A stretch of 64,000 bases of DNA, from assembly GCA_964450885.1 (NCBI GenBank), contig CAYVFE010000002.1, forward strand, positions 116,494 through 180,493, in the 5' to 3' direction. Below the pieces are notes generated by a model. That model made no database searches, had not been told where the DNA came from, and was given only the letters and a program-made list of their open reading frames with translations. The stretch comes from an uncultured Gammaproteobacteria bacterium (GTDB lineage Bacteria; Patescibacteriota; Microgenomatia; Levybacterales; GWA1-39-11). A program made the position numbers and the translations under genes. Of this stretch, positions 1-8,990 are shown piece by piece (position 1 is the stretch's first letter; every line of letters starts with the position of its first letter).

Positions 1-30
1 ATATACCTCCCGGATACCTAATATAAATAT

Positions 31-513
31 ATGACTGATCAGAATAAACCTCCACAAAATTTATCTCCGGACCTGAAGCAAATTTATGATCGTGTTATGA
101 ATACGCCCGCAAAAGGAGGGGCTACTCCTACGCCACCGCCACCTGCACAAGCTGCCCCTGTCCCACCACAACCTAAGACTCCAGCTACTGATTCACAAAA
201 CCCACCATCCAGCGTGCCTGCTGGACAAAAAGTAGCTGCTCCTTCAGACAATCCATCAATCCAACCTCAACCTCCAATTCAATCAGCAGAGACTTCACAA
301 CCATTTCTCACGTCTGCTCCGCCCAGACCTCTTCAGGGATCCGTAGGAGTTAAAAGTTTTGCGTTGGGTAAAGACAAAAAAGAGGAACCGAAGGCACAAG
401 CGTCAGGGGAAAAGAAAGGTCTTTCCAAAACCCTAATAATAATACTTGCTGTGATCTTTTTCGTAGCGTGGTCTTTCTTCTGGGTAGTATTCTTCTTCAA
501 TCCCTTTGCCTAA
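31..513 (+). CDS. Pro/Gln-rich protein with a C-terminal membrane anchor
   Basis: 160 aa ORF; low-complexity P/Q/S body and a hydrophobic C-terminal helix (LIIILAVIFFVAWSFFWVVFFF). Confidence 0.75.
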   Translation: MTDQNKPPQNLSPDLKQIYDRVMNTPAKGGATPTPPPPAQAAPVPPQPKTPATDSQNPPSSVPAGQKVAAPSDNPSIQPQPPIQSAETSQPFLTSAPPRPLQGSVGVKSFALGKDKKEEPKAQASGEKKGLSKTLIIILAVIFFVAWSFFWVVFFFNPFA

Positions 514-518
514 AGAGC

Positions 519-1724
519 CTAAGATTTCAAACTTGAGACTATCTCTTCTATCGAAGCGTTTTTTGAATCATTTTCATTTCTCTTTTTAACTTCAACTTGA
601 TCATTTTCCTGCCTATCAGAAACAACTATACGTGTAGGTATTCCTATCAAATCAGCATCAGAAAACTTTTGTCCAGCACTTACATCGCGATCGTCAAATA
701 GTACGTCTATTCCGTTTTCCTGAAGTTTTTCATATACATTTTGAGCTCTTTCCGATAGACCTACCAGGTGAACTTGAAAAGGCGCAACGCTTTCTGGCCA
801 AATAAGTCCTTTTTCGTCGTTAAAAACTTCCGCCAAAACTCCGACCATACGCGTAAGACCAATTCCGTAGCTTCCAAAATATGGGTATTTTTTATTTCCA
901 TCCTTATCTGTAAAGTTCACATCCATTTTTTCCGAATATACCGTCCCAAATCTAAATATATTGCCCACCTCTATAGCTGCCTCTGATCTTATCGATGAGT
1001 CGTTAAGTTCTTCCTCTGTCATAACTTCTTTATTTTTCCAATATTCCCATCCTTCCTTAAAGTAAATAGTATCCTCTCCGCTGGTAGATAGTACCTGAAA
1101 TTCGTGGGTATTTGAGTCTGTAAATACTCCTCCTCCCGCTTCTGCAACCTTAGCATCCAATCCTAATCGTTTAAAAACTCTTAGGTATGCGTCTTTTACC
1201 TCCCAATAATACTTATCTAAATCTTCCTGAGTAGTGTGCAAGCTATACAAATCTTTCATCAAAAACTCGCGACCTCGCAAAATTCCAGACTTCGCCCTCA
1301 ATTCATTGCGGAATTTGGTCGAAAAATGGTACAGCTTTACAGGAAAATCGCGGTAGGTTTGGAGATGTTTGCGGGCCAGGTCAAGCAATATCTCTTCATG
1401 AGTAAAAGACAATGCATACTCTTTATCATCTTTTCCGAACTGATACATGACTTCTGCCGCTGTTTCCCATCGTCCGGTTTCATTCCATACGCTTTTTGGG
1501 TGCAAAAGCGGCATCAGGATTTCTTGAGCGCCCGTCTGATCCATCTCTTCACGTATTATTTGCTCTATCTTACGCTCAACTAGACGTCCAAGAGGCAATA
1601 GACTGTAGGATCCTGCCATGAGCTTATCTATAAAACCAGCGCGAAGAAGCAATTTCGCATTTGTTGCGACTTCTTCACTTGGCGCCTCTTTAATCGTTTT
1701 AGGAAAAAGTGCCGAATAACGCAT
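519..1724 (-). CDS. proS: Proline--tRNA ligase (short form, no editing insertion)
   Basis: Class II aaRS motifs KFRNELRAKSGILRGREFLMKDLYS and IEVGNIF...GSYGIG; anticodon domain DDRDVSAGQKFSDADLIGIP; 401 aa. Confidence 0.95.
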   Translation of the reverse strand: MRYSALFPKTIKEAPSEEVATNAKLLLRAGFIDKLMAGSYSLLPLGRLVERKIEQIIREEMDQTGAQEILMPLLHPKSVWNETGRWETAAEVMYQFGKDDKEYALSFTHEEILLDLARKHLQTYRDFPVKLYHFSTKFRNELRAKSGILRGREFLMKDLYSLHTTQEDLDKYYWEVKDAYLRVFKRLGLDAKVAEAGGGVFTDSNTHEFQVLSTSGEDTIYFKEGWEYWKNKEVMTEEELNDSSIRSEAAIEVGNIFRFGTVYSEKMDVNFTDKDGNKKYPYFGSYGIGLTRMVGVLAEVFNDEKGLIWPESVAPFQVHLVGLSERAQNVYEKLQENGIDVLFDDRDVSAGQKFSDADLIGIPTRIVVSDRQENDQVEVKKRNENDSKNASIEEIVSSLKS

Positions 1725-1739
1725 GACCTAAGTATATAT

Positions 1740-2393
1740 TTAGCCCATATGGTTTGCAACCAACTGCCCTCTTTGCATCTTTAGCTCAAATATTTTCTTC
1801 TCAAGATTTCTCAGCTGGCTTTTTGCGCTATCCTTCCATGCTTCAGTAGGACCATCTACGGTTTCTGCTCCTCGCTCTTCTGATTCATTTATAGATGGAT
1901 TCACAATCAAAAGCTTTATTACTTTACCGATAACGCTTGAAAGTGTGCTCCCGAGTTGGTCTCTCAAAGCGTCTCTTTGAAGCTCAAGCAGTCTTATGGT
2001 CGTGTTCAAGGTCTCAAGCTGTTCCCTAAAGTTTTCGTTCGCTTCTGCTTCGTTCTCATTTACTTTCTCGTCTTCCTCGATGTTTCTGAGCTCCTCTCGT
2101 GCGTCTTCTAACTCTTTTGCTGCATCATCGTACGACGCATTATCGGTTAAAGAGTCCTCGCCGTCCTCCATTGATGTCTCATCATCAAAAAATATTGATT
2201 CCTCCCCAAGTGCGTCGAAGTACGCAGGATATGCTACTTCGACGCCTGCTTCTATCGCGGGGTTGGTATTTTGCTCAGAATAGCTGGTGATTCTTGCATC
2301 CATCTCTATCCCGGACTCAAAAACATCTGCCACCGGATCGACCGCTATGTTTGTCGCAACGCTTGCTGTCATAACTTCTCCTGTGTTTTCCAT
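1740..2393 (-). CDS. Hypothetical acidic coiled-coil protein
   Basis: 217 aa ORF, Glu/Asp-rich with heptad-like segments; TATACT 8 nt upstream of the ATG. Confidence 0.65.
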   Translation of the reverse strand: MENTGEVMTASVATNIAVDPVADVFESGIEMDARITSYSEQNTNPAIEAGVEVAYPAYFDALGEESIFFDDETSMEDGEDSLTDNASYDDAAKELEDAREELRNIEEDEKVNENEAEANENFREQLETLNTTIRLLELQRDALRDQLGSTLSSVIGKVIKLLIVNPSINESEERGAETVDGPTEAWKDSAKSQLRNLEKKIFELKMQRGQLVANHMG

Positions 2394-2504
2394 GTTGGAA
2401 GCAGTATAAGGCCGAGTAAATGATTAAACTTGATATATTGCTTATATATACCTAACAATTAGCTTATATTTGACACCTGAGATCAACATGCTAGACTTCT
2501 ATTT

Positions 2505-2849
2505 ATGGAGCATAGTATCTGGAGCAAAGAATCTGTTATAAAAAGCCTTCCTGTCGTTGCGCCGCTCCTCAATACGCCGCGAGCGGTTGACGCATTGAGT
2601 AATGGAAGATATATGGAAGCGGCAATAGGAACCGCACTTGGAGTCGGGATCGGAGTTACCGCACGTATCATGATGCTAAGATCTATATCTAACGAAAAAC
2701 CCGCTACTCAGCAGACGACATCAGAAATATCACTAAGGGAAGGGGTTGAAGTTAACTTCGCCCAAGAATCTTTGCTATATGAGGCGCAAGCGACAGAATC
2801 TCAAGATTTGGGAACATCTTCTCTTCGGGGACCGGAATCGCATCAGTAA
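2505..2849 (+). CDS. Hypothetical membrane protein overlapping the prs 3' end convergently
   Basis: TTGACA(2470)-N16-TAGACT(2492)-N7-ATG; hydrophobic segment AAIGTALGVGIGVTARIMM. Confidence 0.55.
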   Translation: MEHSIWSKESVIKSLPVVAPLLNTPRAVDALSNGRYMEAAIGTALGVGIGVTARIMMLRSISNEKPATQQTTSEISLREGVEVNFAQESLLYEAQATESQDLGTSSLRGPESHQ

Positions 2850-3657
2850 TAAAAATTTTCTCAGCCTTACAGTCTGCAAGCTTCTTGTGAGCATCATTCG
2901 CAAATACAGGCTGAGTCGCGAACATATAGACTTTTTTGGCGCCCTCCGAAAGACAAGTATCCACTGCATTTACCATCGTCCCTCCTGTTGAAATTATGTC
3001 ATCTGTAACCACGCATATCTCACGTATCTCACCCTCTCCCAATCTGGAACCTGATAGTTTTCCGGTTGCAAGATCACGATCTTTGTTGATGGCGGCATGG
3101 ACAGATCCCGGAAGAAGCTCCGCAAGCTGCTTTACCCGTCTTATTCCTCCCATATCAGGACTCACGATAGAGAGTTTTTCAGGCGAAAGCTCTAGCTCAT
3201 TTATCTTGTCAGCAAATACGCTTAGCGCTGACTCCAGTCTGACATCGACCGAAAACATCTCGGAAATCTTTACAGTATGAGGATCTATTATTATGACCTC
3301 ATCAAGGCCGGTCGACTCTAATGCTCTTATAATGACCTCAAGCGCCACAGCTTCACCTTCACGGAATATGTGATCTGCCCTCGCATAACCCAGATAGGGA
3401 ATTATCGCGGTTATTCTTTTTGCGCCGCTCCGCTTTAGCGCATCTACTGTAAATAAAAGCTCCAGAGTATTACTATCTACTGGATCCGACGTAGATTTCA
3501 GAAGGTACACATCTGCATCCAATACAGATTGTTCGATTCGGATTCTCTGCTCCCCATCATCAAATATGTGTTTGTCCGGATATATGACATCTGCTCCGAG
3601 AGACTTACCCAAAGCATCAGAAAGACCACGATTATTTATATCCCCTACAAATAACAT
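2752..3657 (-). CDS. prs: Ribose-phosphate pyrophosphokinase
   Basis: Motifs FDDGE, IPYLGYARAD, VSPDMGG and PRPP-binding DDIISTGGT. Confidence 0.93.
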   Translation of the reverse strand: MLFVGDINNRGLSDALGKSLGADVIYPDKHIFDDGEQRIRIEQSVLDADVYLLKSTSDPVDSNTLELLFTVDALKRSGAKRITAIIPYLGYARADHIFREGEAVALEVIIRALESTGLDEVIIIDPHTVKISEMFSVDVRLESALSVFADKINELELSPEKLSIVSPDMGGIRRVKQLAELLPGSVHAAINKDRDLATGKLSGSRLGEGEIREICVVTDDIISTGGTMVNAVDTCLSEGAKKVYMFATQPVFANDAHKKLADCKAEKIFITDAIPVPEEKMFPNLEILSLAPHIAKILGRS

Positions 3658-3669
3658 AGAATAAATTTA

Positions 3670-3948
3670 TCAGCCACCTAGAAGGCCTTTTAGTCCTCCG
3701 CCGAGCTGCTGCATCTTCATAGCTGCTTTTTTCTGAGCTTCTTTCATGGCATCATTTAGAACGTCTGCTATATCTGAACGGTCTTCTCCGTCAACTTCAA
3801 CAGATAGCACCTTCATATTTCCGCTGACTCTTACCCTAATGTCTCCTTTTTCCTCATTTACTTCAATCTGTTCCAGTTCGCGTTCAATTTTTTTTGCTTC
3901 GTCTCGAAGTTTTTTTAGCTCTCCTGCTTGTTTTATTGGATTAAACAT
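3670..3948 (-). CDS. ybaB: YbaB/EbfC nucleoid-associated protein
   Basis: 92 aa; IRVRVSGNMKVLSVEVD and ADVLNDAMKEAQ pattern; AGGAGGT SD upstream. Confidence 0.85.
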   Translation of the reverse strand: MFNPIKQAGELKKLRDEAKKIERELEQIEVNEEKGDIRVRVSGNMKVLSVEVDGEDRSDIADVLNDAMKEAQKKAAMKMQQLGGGLKGLLGG

Positions 3949-4016
3949 AAATATCTAACACCTCCTTAAGTATTCATATAGACTATCAATTTTGGATAAA
4001 AACCGCAATACTAAAA

Positions 4017-5030
4017 TCAAAGATAAGCCCCTATGCCGCTTTTTTTGACAAATGCTGCTTTTCGGGCTATATCTGTACATTTTTCAAGCTGCTTCTCTGA
4101 GAGAACACCCGCGTCTCTCAAAAGCATATACTGACGCCATAGATGAGCATCTGGAATGATCTCCGGCCAGTCTGTATTTATAGTAAATAAGACATTGTTT
4201 TTTTGGAATTCACCAAATATTTTCTTGAATTCATCATAATTAGATACGGCAAGAGTTGCGATGTTTGAGCCTGGACAAACCTCCAATACAGTTTTTCTTT
4301 TAGAAAGCTCTTTCATGAGCTCCACATCCTTATATGCAAGCACGCCATGACCTATCCTGTCGGGATTTAGAGTGAGAGCATCCCACATATCATTTGCATC
4401 TTTTACCTCGCCTGTATGAACCGTAATCCCCAGTCCTGATTTTTTTGCCTTTCTGACAACCTTTTCATAATCCTTATATGAAAACTTACTGCTTCCCATA
4501 CCTGCAAAATCTATTCCCACAACCCCTCGCCTGTGATACTTTATTGCTTTCTCGATTATTATTGAATTCTGCTCAAAAGTGAACTCCCGTGCACAGCAAA
4601 GTATTACTCCTGCGCAAAGGGTTGGATACTCCAGAAGTGCTCTCTCCATCCCCCGAAGCATCGCAAGAATTATATAATCGAGGTCAGATCTTCCCTCATT
4701 GTTGTGCTTCATCGGATTTGCACGGAGCTCTATGATATCTATCCCATTCCTGTATGCTCCACTCATTATTTCATATGTAGCCTCCTCCACTGCATATGTC
4801 CCGGAAGATAAAGGGTCCAGAACCGTGTGGTAAATCCTGGAGAGATAATCATTGAGGGTCATATTCTTCGAAGAATCTATGCTTATGTAGTTTTTGAAAT
4901 CTTCAAAATTTCTAGTCGTGAGTTTTATACCCTGCGTCTGGGCGATTTTCCAAAGGATTGATGGGTTTATCGAAGCACCCAGGTGTGCATGAAGCTCTAC
5001 AAGTGGATAACGCGGAAATTTTTCCTCCAT
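4017..5030 (-). CDS. add: Adenosine/adenine deaminase (amidohydrolase family)
   Basis: ELHAHLG, VGIDFAG, TVHTGE, RIGHG, EVCPGSN and TINTDWP motifs. Confidence 0.88.
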   Translation of the reverse strand: MEEKFPRYPLVELHAHLGASINPSILWKIAQTQGIKLTTRNFEDFKNYISIDSSKNMTLNDYLSRIYHTVLDPLSSGTYAVEEATYEIMSGAYRNGIDIIELRANPMKHNNEGRSDLDYIILAMLRGMERALLEYPTLCAGVILCCAREFTFEQNSIIIEKAIKYHRRGVVGIDFAGMGSSKFSYKDYEKVVRKAKKSGLGITVHTGEVKDANDMWDALTLNPDRIGHGVLAYKDVELMKELSKRKTVLEVCPGSNIATLAVSNYDEFKKIFGEFQKNNVLFTINTDWPEIIPDAHLWRQYMLLRDAGVLSEKQLEKCTDIARKAAFVKKSGIGAYL

Positions 5031-5111
5031 GTTGTATCTTATAACAGCGGTTTCCGGTAATCAACCGGCTCTAAATTGGAAAGATAAATTAATCAGTTGT
5101 ATAATATCCAG

Positions 5112-6161
5112 ATGTCTGCAGAGAACCAGAGACACAATGCTCCTGAGTCAAAGCCGGAAATAGTTTTGCCTAATCTCCAGGAAATATTAGTTGCAAGAGA
5201 CTATGGTTTTTGTGGCGGAGTCCCGCCTGCAATAAATCTGGCAGAAAACTTATTAGACGATAATATTCCTCTTATTACAGACAATGACATAGTTCACAAT
5301 AACGCTGTTATGGGCGAACTTCGTGGGAAAGGTTTTCAGAACGTAGGAGACAGTTGGATGGAAGATGATTTTGATGGCCGTGGAAAAAGATTTCTGGTCT
5401 CTGCACACGGCACGTCAGATGAGAGAAAAAAAATGCTTGAGGATAAAGGATTCGAGGTGTGGGACGCAACATGCAGGCTTGTAAACCGTGTACATGATGA
5501 GATAAAAACAGCAGAGAAAAATGGATTCCATGTTATATATAGAGGTGTCGCAAACCACCCCGAGACAAGAGGAAGCATGGGGGCAGCAGAAGATCCATTA
5601 AGCGTAACGCTGATTCAATCACCAGAAGACGTCGAGAAACTAGATACCGAAGAAGGGCCGATGCTACCTGTAGATAAACCTCTGATTATGTATTCCCAAA
5701 CTACTTTGATGCCATCAGATGTTGAAGATTGTGAAATCGCGATGCAGGAAAAATATGGAGATAGACTAACGCTGCCTAAGAGACGCGACATCTGTCCCGC
5801 GACAATCAACCGTCAGGAAGCTGTTGAGGAGCTCTCACAAGAAGTGGATGCTTTTATAGTTATTGGATCACCTCACAGCCACAACTCTAACGAACTTGCG
5901 CGGGTCGCAAGAAAAGCTGGAATCCCTGCTTATATGGTCGACTATCCCGAAGATCTCCAAGAAGAATGGTTTAAGGAAGTAAAAAAACTAGGCCTTACTG
6001 CCGGAGCGAGTGTTCTGGATAGATTTATCGATCCCCCACTGGAATGGTTCTTAGAGAGAAATCCCAATGTACAAATCAGGAATATGGGAGAGAGACGTGA
6101 TAAAGAATTCAAACTGCTTTCGGAAACTCAGAAACGATGGGACGCTTTAAAAGGTTTGTAA
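5112..6161 (+). CDS. ispH: 4-hydroxy-3-methylbut-2-enyl diphosphate reductase
   Basis: All three Fe-S cysteines present (GFCGGV, DATCRLV, DICPAT), plus IVHN, SAHG, HPE, SQTT, SHNS and TAGAS; start moved to the ATG 6 nt after TATAAT. Confidence 0.93.
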   Translation: MSAENQRHNAPESKPEIVLPNLQEILVARDYGFCGGVPPAINLAENLLDDNIPLITDNDIVHNNAVMGELRGKGFQNVGDSWMEDDFDGRGKRFLVSAHGTSDERKKMLEDKGFEVWDATCRLVNRVHDEIKTAEKNGFHVIYRGVANHPETRGSMGAAEDPLSVTLIQSPEDVEKLDTEEGPMLPVDKPLIMYSQTTLMPSDVEDCEIAMQEKYGDRLTLPKRRDICPATINRQEAVEELSQEVDAFIVIGSPHSHNSNELARVARKAGIPAYMVDYPEDLQEEWFKEVKKLGLTAGASVLDRFIDPPLEWFLERNPNVQIRNMGERRDKEFKLLSETQKRWDALKGL

Positions 6162-6165
6162 ATCT

Positions 6166-6708
6166 ATGGACCATTATAAAAAGAAGATAACTATCGCCAG
6201 ATGCGATAAGAGCGGAAAGATACTTGGTCCCATCGAACGTTGGGAAGCTCACGAAAAAGGGATACTTCACAGAGCGTTTTCGGTAGCCCTCAAATATAAA
6301 GATTATTATATAGTACAGTTCCGCAAGCATCCGGTTTTTGATGGAGTTTTGGATGTCACATCATCTTCACATCAGATATACGATCCCAAAACTAAAATCC
6401 TCCAAGACACTATAGAGGCATCCATATCGACCCTTCTCCGCGAGTGGAAAATCAGCGAAAAGGATTTCTTAGGAAAACCACGCCTAACCGGGAATGTCTA
6501 TTATAAATCCAAGGATAAATATTCTATCTACACCGAACACGAAGTTGATGACGTAGTCGAAATAGATGTAAAAAGAATTCCTGAACCGAATCTGGAATAT
6601 GCTTATGGATCGTGTCTTATGACCACAAAAGAGCTTAAAAATAGCAAAAGAATCAGCCCCATACTCGCCCCCTGGGTCACCGCAATGCTTGAAGAAAAGC
6701 TTATCTAA
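6166..6708 (+). CDS. idi: Type 1 isopentenyl-diphosphate delta-isomerase-like Nudix protein
   Basis: AHEKGILHRAFSV, EHE and APW motifs; 4 nt after ispH; the usual catalytic Cys motif reads TSSSH. Confidence 0.75.
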   Translation: MDHYKKKITIARCDKSGKILGPIERWEAHEKGILHRAFSVALKYKDYYIVQFRKHPVFDGVLDVTSSSHQIYDPKTKILQDTIEASISTLLREWKISEKDFLGKPRLTGNVYYKSKDKYSIYTEHEVDDVVEIDVKRIPEPNLEYAYGSCLMTTKELKNSKRISPILAPWVTAMLEEKLI

Positions 6709-6722
6709 AAAGACCGATAGTA

Positions 6723-6750
6723 TTGATAATTAGATACGTGGTGGTATAAT
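6723..6750 (+). promoter_or_regulatory. Sigma70-type promoter with extended -10
   Basis: TTGATA(6723-6728)-N16-TATAAT(6745-6750), with TG 1 nt before the -10. Confidence 0.6.
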
Positions 6751-6754
6751 TTAC

Positions 6755-7000
6755 ATAACATTTAGATAAATAGGATAATTGCTTTCTTATGATTCTATTT
6801 GTAAATTCACACTCAACAATTTCATGAAAGTATTACTGTTGGGTTATGTTCGTTGAAAAAATGCGGAAGAATATGGGTGAATTTTCGGGCATTATGGTGC
6901 TCGGGAATTCACCCATATTACAGTGCTCTTTAGCGGATAAACCTACAGCATAAAAGAGCACTCGGAAAAGGAGATTAAACTCTCTGCCAAAAAAACACTA
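6755..7000 (+). ncRNA. Candidate structured leader or ncRNA
   Basis: Stems 6768-6776/6792-6800, 6811-6818/6837-6844, a ~22-bp hairpin at 6870-6919 and 6922-6931/6953-6962; mismatches in the first three are G-U compatible on the + strand. Confidence 0.5.
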
Positions 7001-7010
7001 GGAGGTAACT

Positions 7011-7190
7011 TTGAGTCACCAATACTCATGGTGGCAGACACATGGACCGTTCGCCGATGCACCTGGGTGTTACCCATGGGCAACCAGAATCCATTGGTGG
7101 AGTCAGGATCACAGGATTCTAGCTCCAGTCGTTGCAGTTATTACTGCCTCGGCAGTAATCGTACTGGGAACAACTCCCTTCATCTTTTAG
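7011..7190 (+). CDS. 59-aa Trp-rich microprotein with a C-terminal TM helix (not in the ORF track)
   Basis: AGGAGGT at 7000 then TTG; MSHQYSWWQTHGPFADAPGCYPWATRIHWWSQDHRILAPVVAVITASAVIVLGTTPFIF; its stop overlaps the next SD. Confidence 0.55.
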   Translation: MSHQYSWWQTHGPFADAPGCYPWATRIHWWSQDHRILAPVVAVITASAVIVLGTTPFIF

Positions 7191-7201
7191 GAGGTGTCGC
7201 T

Positions 7202-7489
7202 ATGTCTCATTTGGAGCCGGCTGCAGATATCGCTCTGCAAGACCATCGGGGTCCTCCGATGTCTCGCGTAGATCCCGACTGCACGGTGTGCGACGGGAAA
7301 GGCGTCAACACGAACCCTGACACGGGCAAAATCAGATATTGCCAGTGTCGCTACAAGATACCAAAGGAGCAACCCATGACAACAACCAACAACCCCGAAG
7401 AAAGACTCTGCCCGAAGTGCAAAAGCTTCATGCAGAAAGAGGGCAACGACCTTTACTGTCTTACTTGCAACTACACAGAAAAGCGCTAG
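7202..7489 (+). CDS. Small double zinc-ribbon protein
   Basis: AGGAGGT at 7189 then ATG 7202; CTVC...CQC and CPKC...CLTC; in-frame internal AAGGAG-N6-ATG at 7376. Confidence 0.65.
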   Translation: MSHLEPAADIALQDHRGPPMSRVDPDCTVCDGKGVNTNPDTGKIRYCQCRYKIPKEQPMTTTNNPEERLCPKCKSFMQKEGNDLYCLTCNYTEKR

Positions 7490-7545
7490 CGACTTTCGAA
7501 GTTGCCACAAGCAAAGACAGACCCTTCCGCACCAATCAACAACTC

Positions 7546-7588
7546 GCCCTCCGGAGTCCGCTTAGCGGATGAAGGAGGGCTTTCTCTT
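7546..7588 (+). terminator. Intrinsic terminator-like hairpin
   Basis: GCCCTCC...GGAGGGC stem with an inner TCCGC/GCGGA stem, followed by TTTCTCTT. Confidence 0.6.
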
Positions 7589-7595
7589 GGAAAAA

Positions 7596-8951
7596 TTAAG
7601 AAGTTTTTATTTCTAAATCTTTTATCTCGGGGTTTAGATCGAAAACACTTTTTAGGATAATTTCCCTAAATTCCGGTTTGGAGAGTTTTTCCGCATGCAG
7701 AGAATACGGAGTGATTAGAGTCAAAGTAGGACCATTTATGCCTGCTTGTTTGCAGCTCCTCAAAAATGCTGCAACCTGTCTACTTTCTTTATGTACCAGA
7801 TCTATCAATTCTTTCAGCAACTCTGATTCTCCGCCAAGAGGTTTTTTAATCTCGGTATTATTAATCTGCTCATTCTCTTTAGGCTTCTGCTTCTTATCGT
7901 AACTATCCATTTTTATGATCTCGCTCCCTTTTTCATCCTCAGTAATACACCATTCCATCACCACAAGTTCAAGCGGAAGCTGGGGGACCACCGAAAATTT
8001 TGTAGTTGAATATGCTTCATTCAAAAGACTCAGTATCTTTTTGAAATCCGAGACCTTAAGCTCCGACTTTCCTGATGTCAAGTCCGTTCTCAACCTCCCG
8101 ACCATTCGCTCGATAACTATCCTAAAATCTATTCCTTCACTAGAGATTTTCTCGATAGATAAAAGAGCTCCTTTCATATCTTTTTTGTAGATATATCCCA
8201 AGAGTTTTTCTGACTGAGAGCTTGTAGAACCTGACTTATAAACTTTGTTTACGGTTTCCATGGTGATTTTATTTCCGTCCGAATTGATCATAAGCTCTTC
8301 AAGGATTTTTGCACCGTCCCTAAAACTTCCCTCACTGAGTTCAAAAATCTTCTCATACACCTCTTTCTCTATACCGATATCCTCGCCATCAACTATTCTT
8401 TTTATTGAATTTGAGATCTCCTCAAGATTTGGAGATTCAAATTTGACCGAAAATACTCGGGACAAAATCGTCTGCGGTATTTTATGAACCTCTGTTGTCG
8501 CAAGTATAAAAACTACATGTTCAGGTGGTTCCTCGAGAGTCTTTAACAGCGCATTGAAAGCTTCGTTGGTGAGCATGTGAACCTCGTCTATGATGTAGAC
8601 TTTTTTTGATAACCCAGAAGGAGAGAATTTGACTTTCTCGCGTAGTGACCTTATTTCATCTACTCCTCTATTTGACGCTGCGTCTATCTCAATGATATCT
8701 ATATTTGATCCCTCGGTTATTGATTTACATATATCACATTTATTGCAAGGCTCTATGCCTTTTTTATCCTGACAATTTATAGCTTTTGCAAGAATCCTAG
8801 CGCTGGAGGTTTTCCCAAGTCCACGGGGACCCACGAATAAAAAGGCGTGCGGGAGATTTTTTGAGGACAAAATTGATGTCAATTTTTCGCGGACGTCAAA
8901 AAGGTCGAGCTCCGAGATCTCTTGAGGTCTGTATTTCCGATAGTAAACCAT
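7596..8951 (-). CDS. dnaX: DNA polymerase III subunit gamma/tau
   Basis: YRKYRPQ, GPRGLGKTS, EIDAASNRGVDEIR and IIDEVHML...FNALLKTLEEPP. Confidence 0.97.
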   Translation of the reverse strand: MVYYRKYRPQEISELDLFDVREKLTSILSSKNLPHAFLFVGPRGLGKTSSARILAKAINCQDKKGIEPCNKCDICKSITEGSNIDIIEIDAASNRGVDEIRSLREKVKFSPSGLSKKVYIIDEVHMLTNEAFNALLKTLEEPPEHVVFILATTEVHKIPQTILSRVFSVKFESPNLEEISNSIKRIVDGEDIGIEKEVYEKIFELSEGSFRDGAKILEELMINSDGNKITMETVNKVYKSGSTSSQSEKLLGYIYKKDMKGALLSIEKISSEGIDFRIVIERMVGRLRTDLTSGKSELKVSDFKKILSLLNEAYSTTKFSVVPQLPLELVVMEWCITEDEKGSEIIKMDSYDKKQKPKENEQINNTEIKKPLGGESELLKELIDLVHKESRQVAAFLRSCKQAGINGPTLTLITPYSLHAEKLSKPEFREIILKSVFDLNPEIKDLEIKTS

Positions 8952-8990
8952 TGGAATTAGTTTATATCTTACTTTAGGTGAATAATCAAA

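Noticed and set aside
7028-7489. 153-aa ORF as given in the ORF track
   Set aside because: Its start has no SD; the strong SDs at 7000 and 7189 better support two separate ORFs (7011-7190 in another frame, and 7202-7489)
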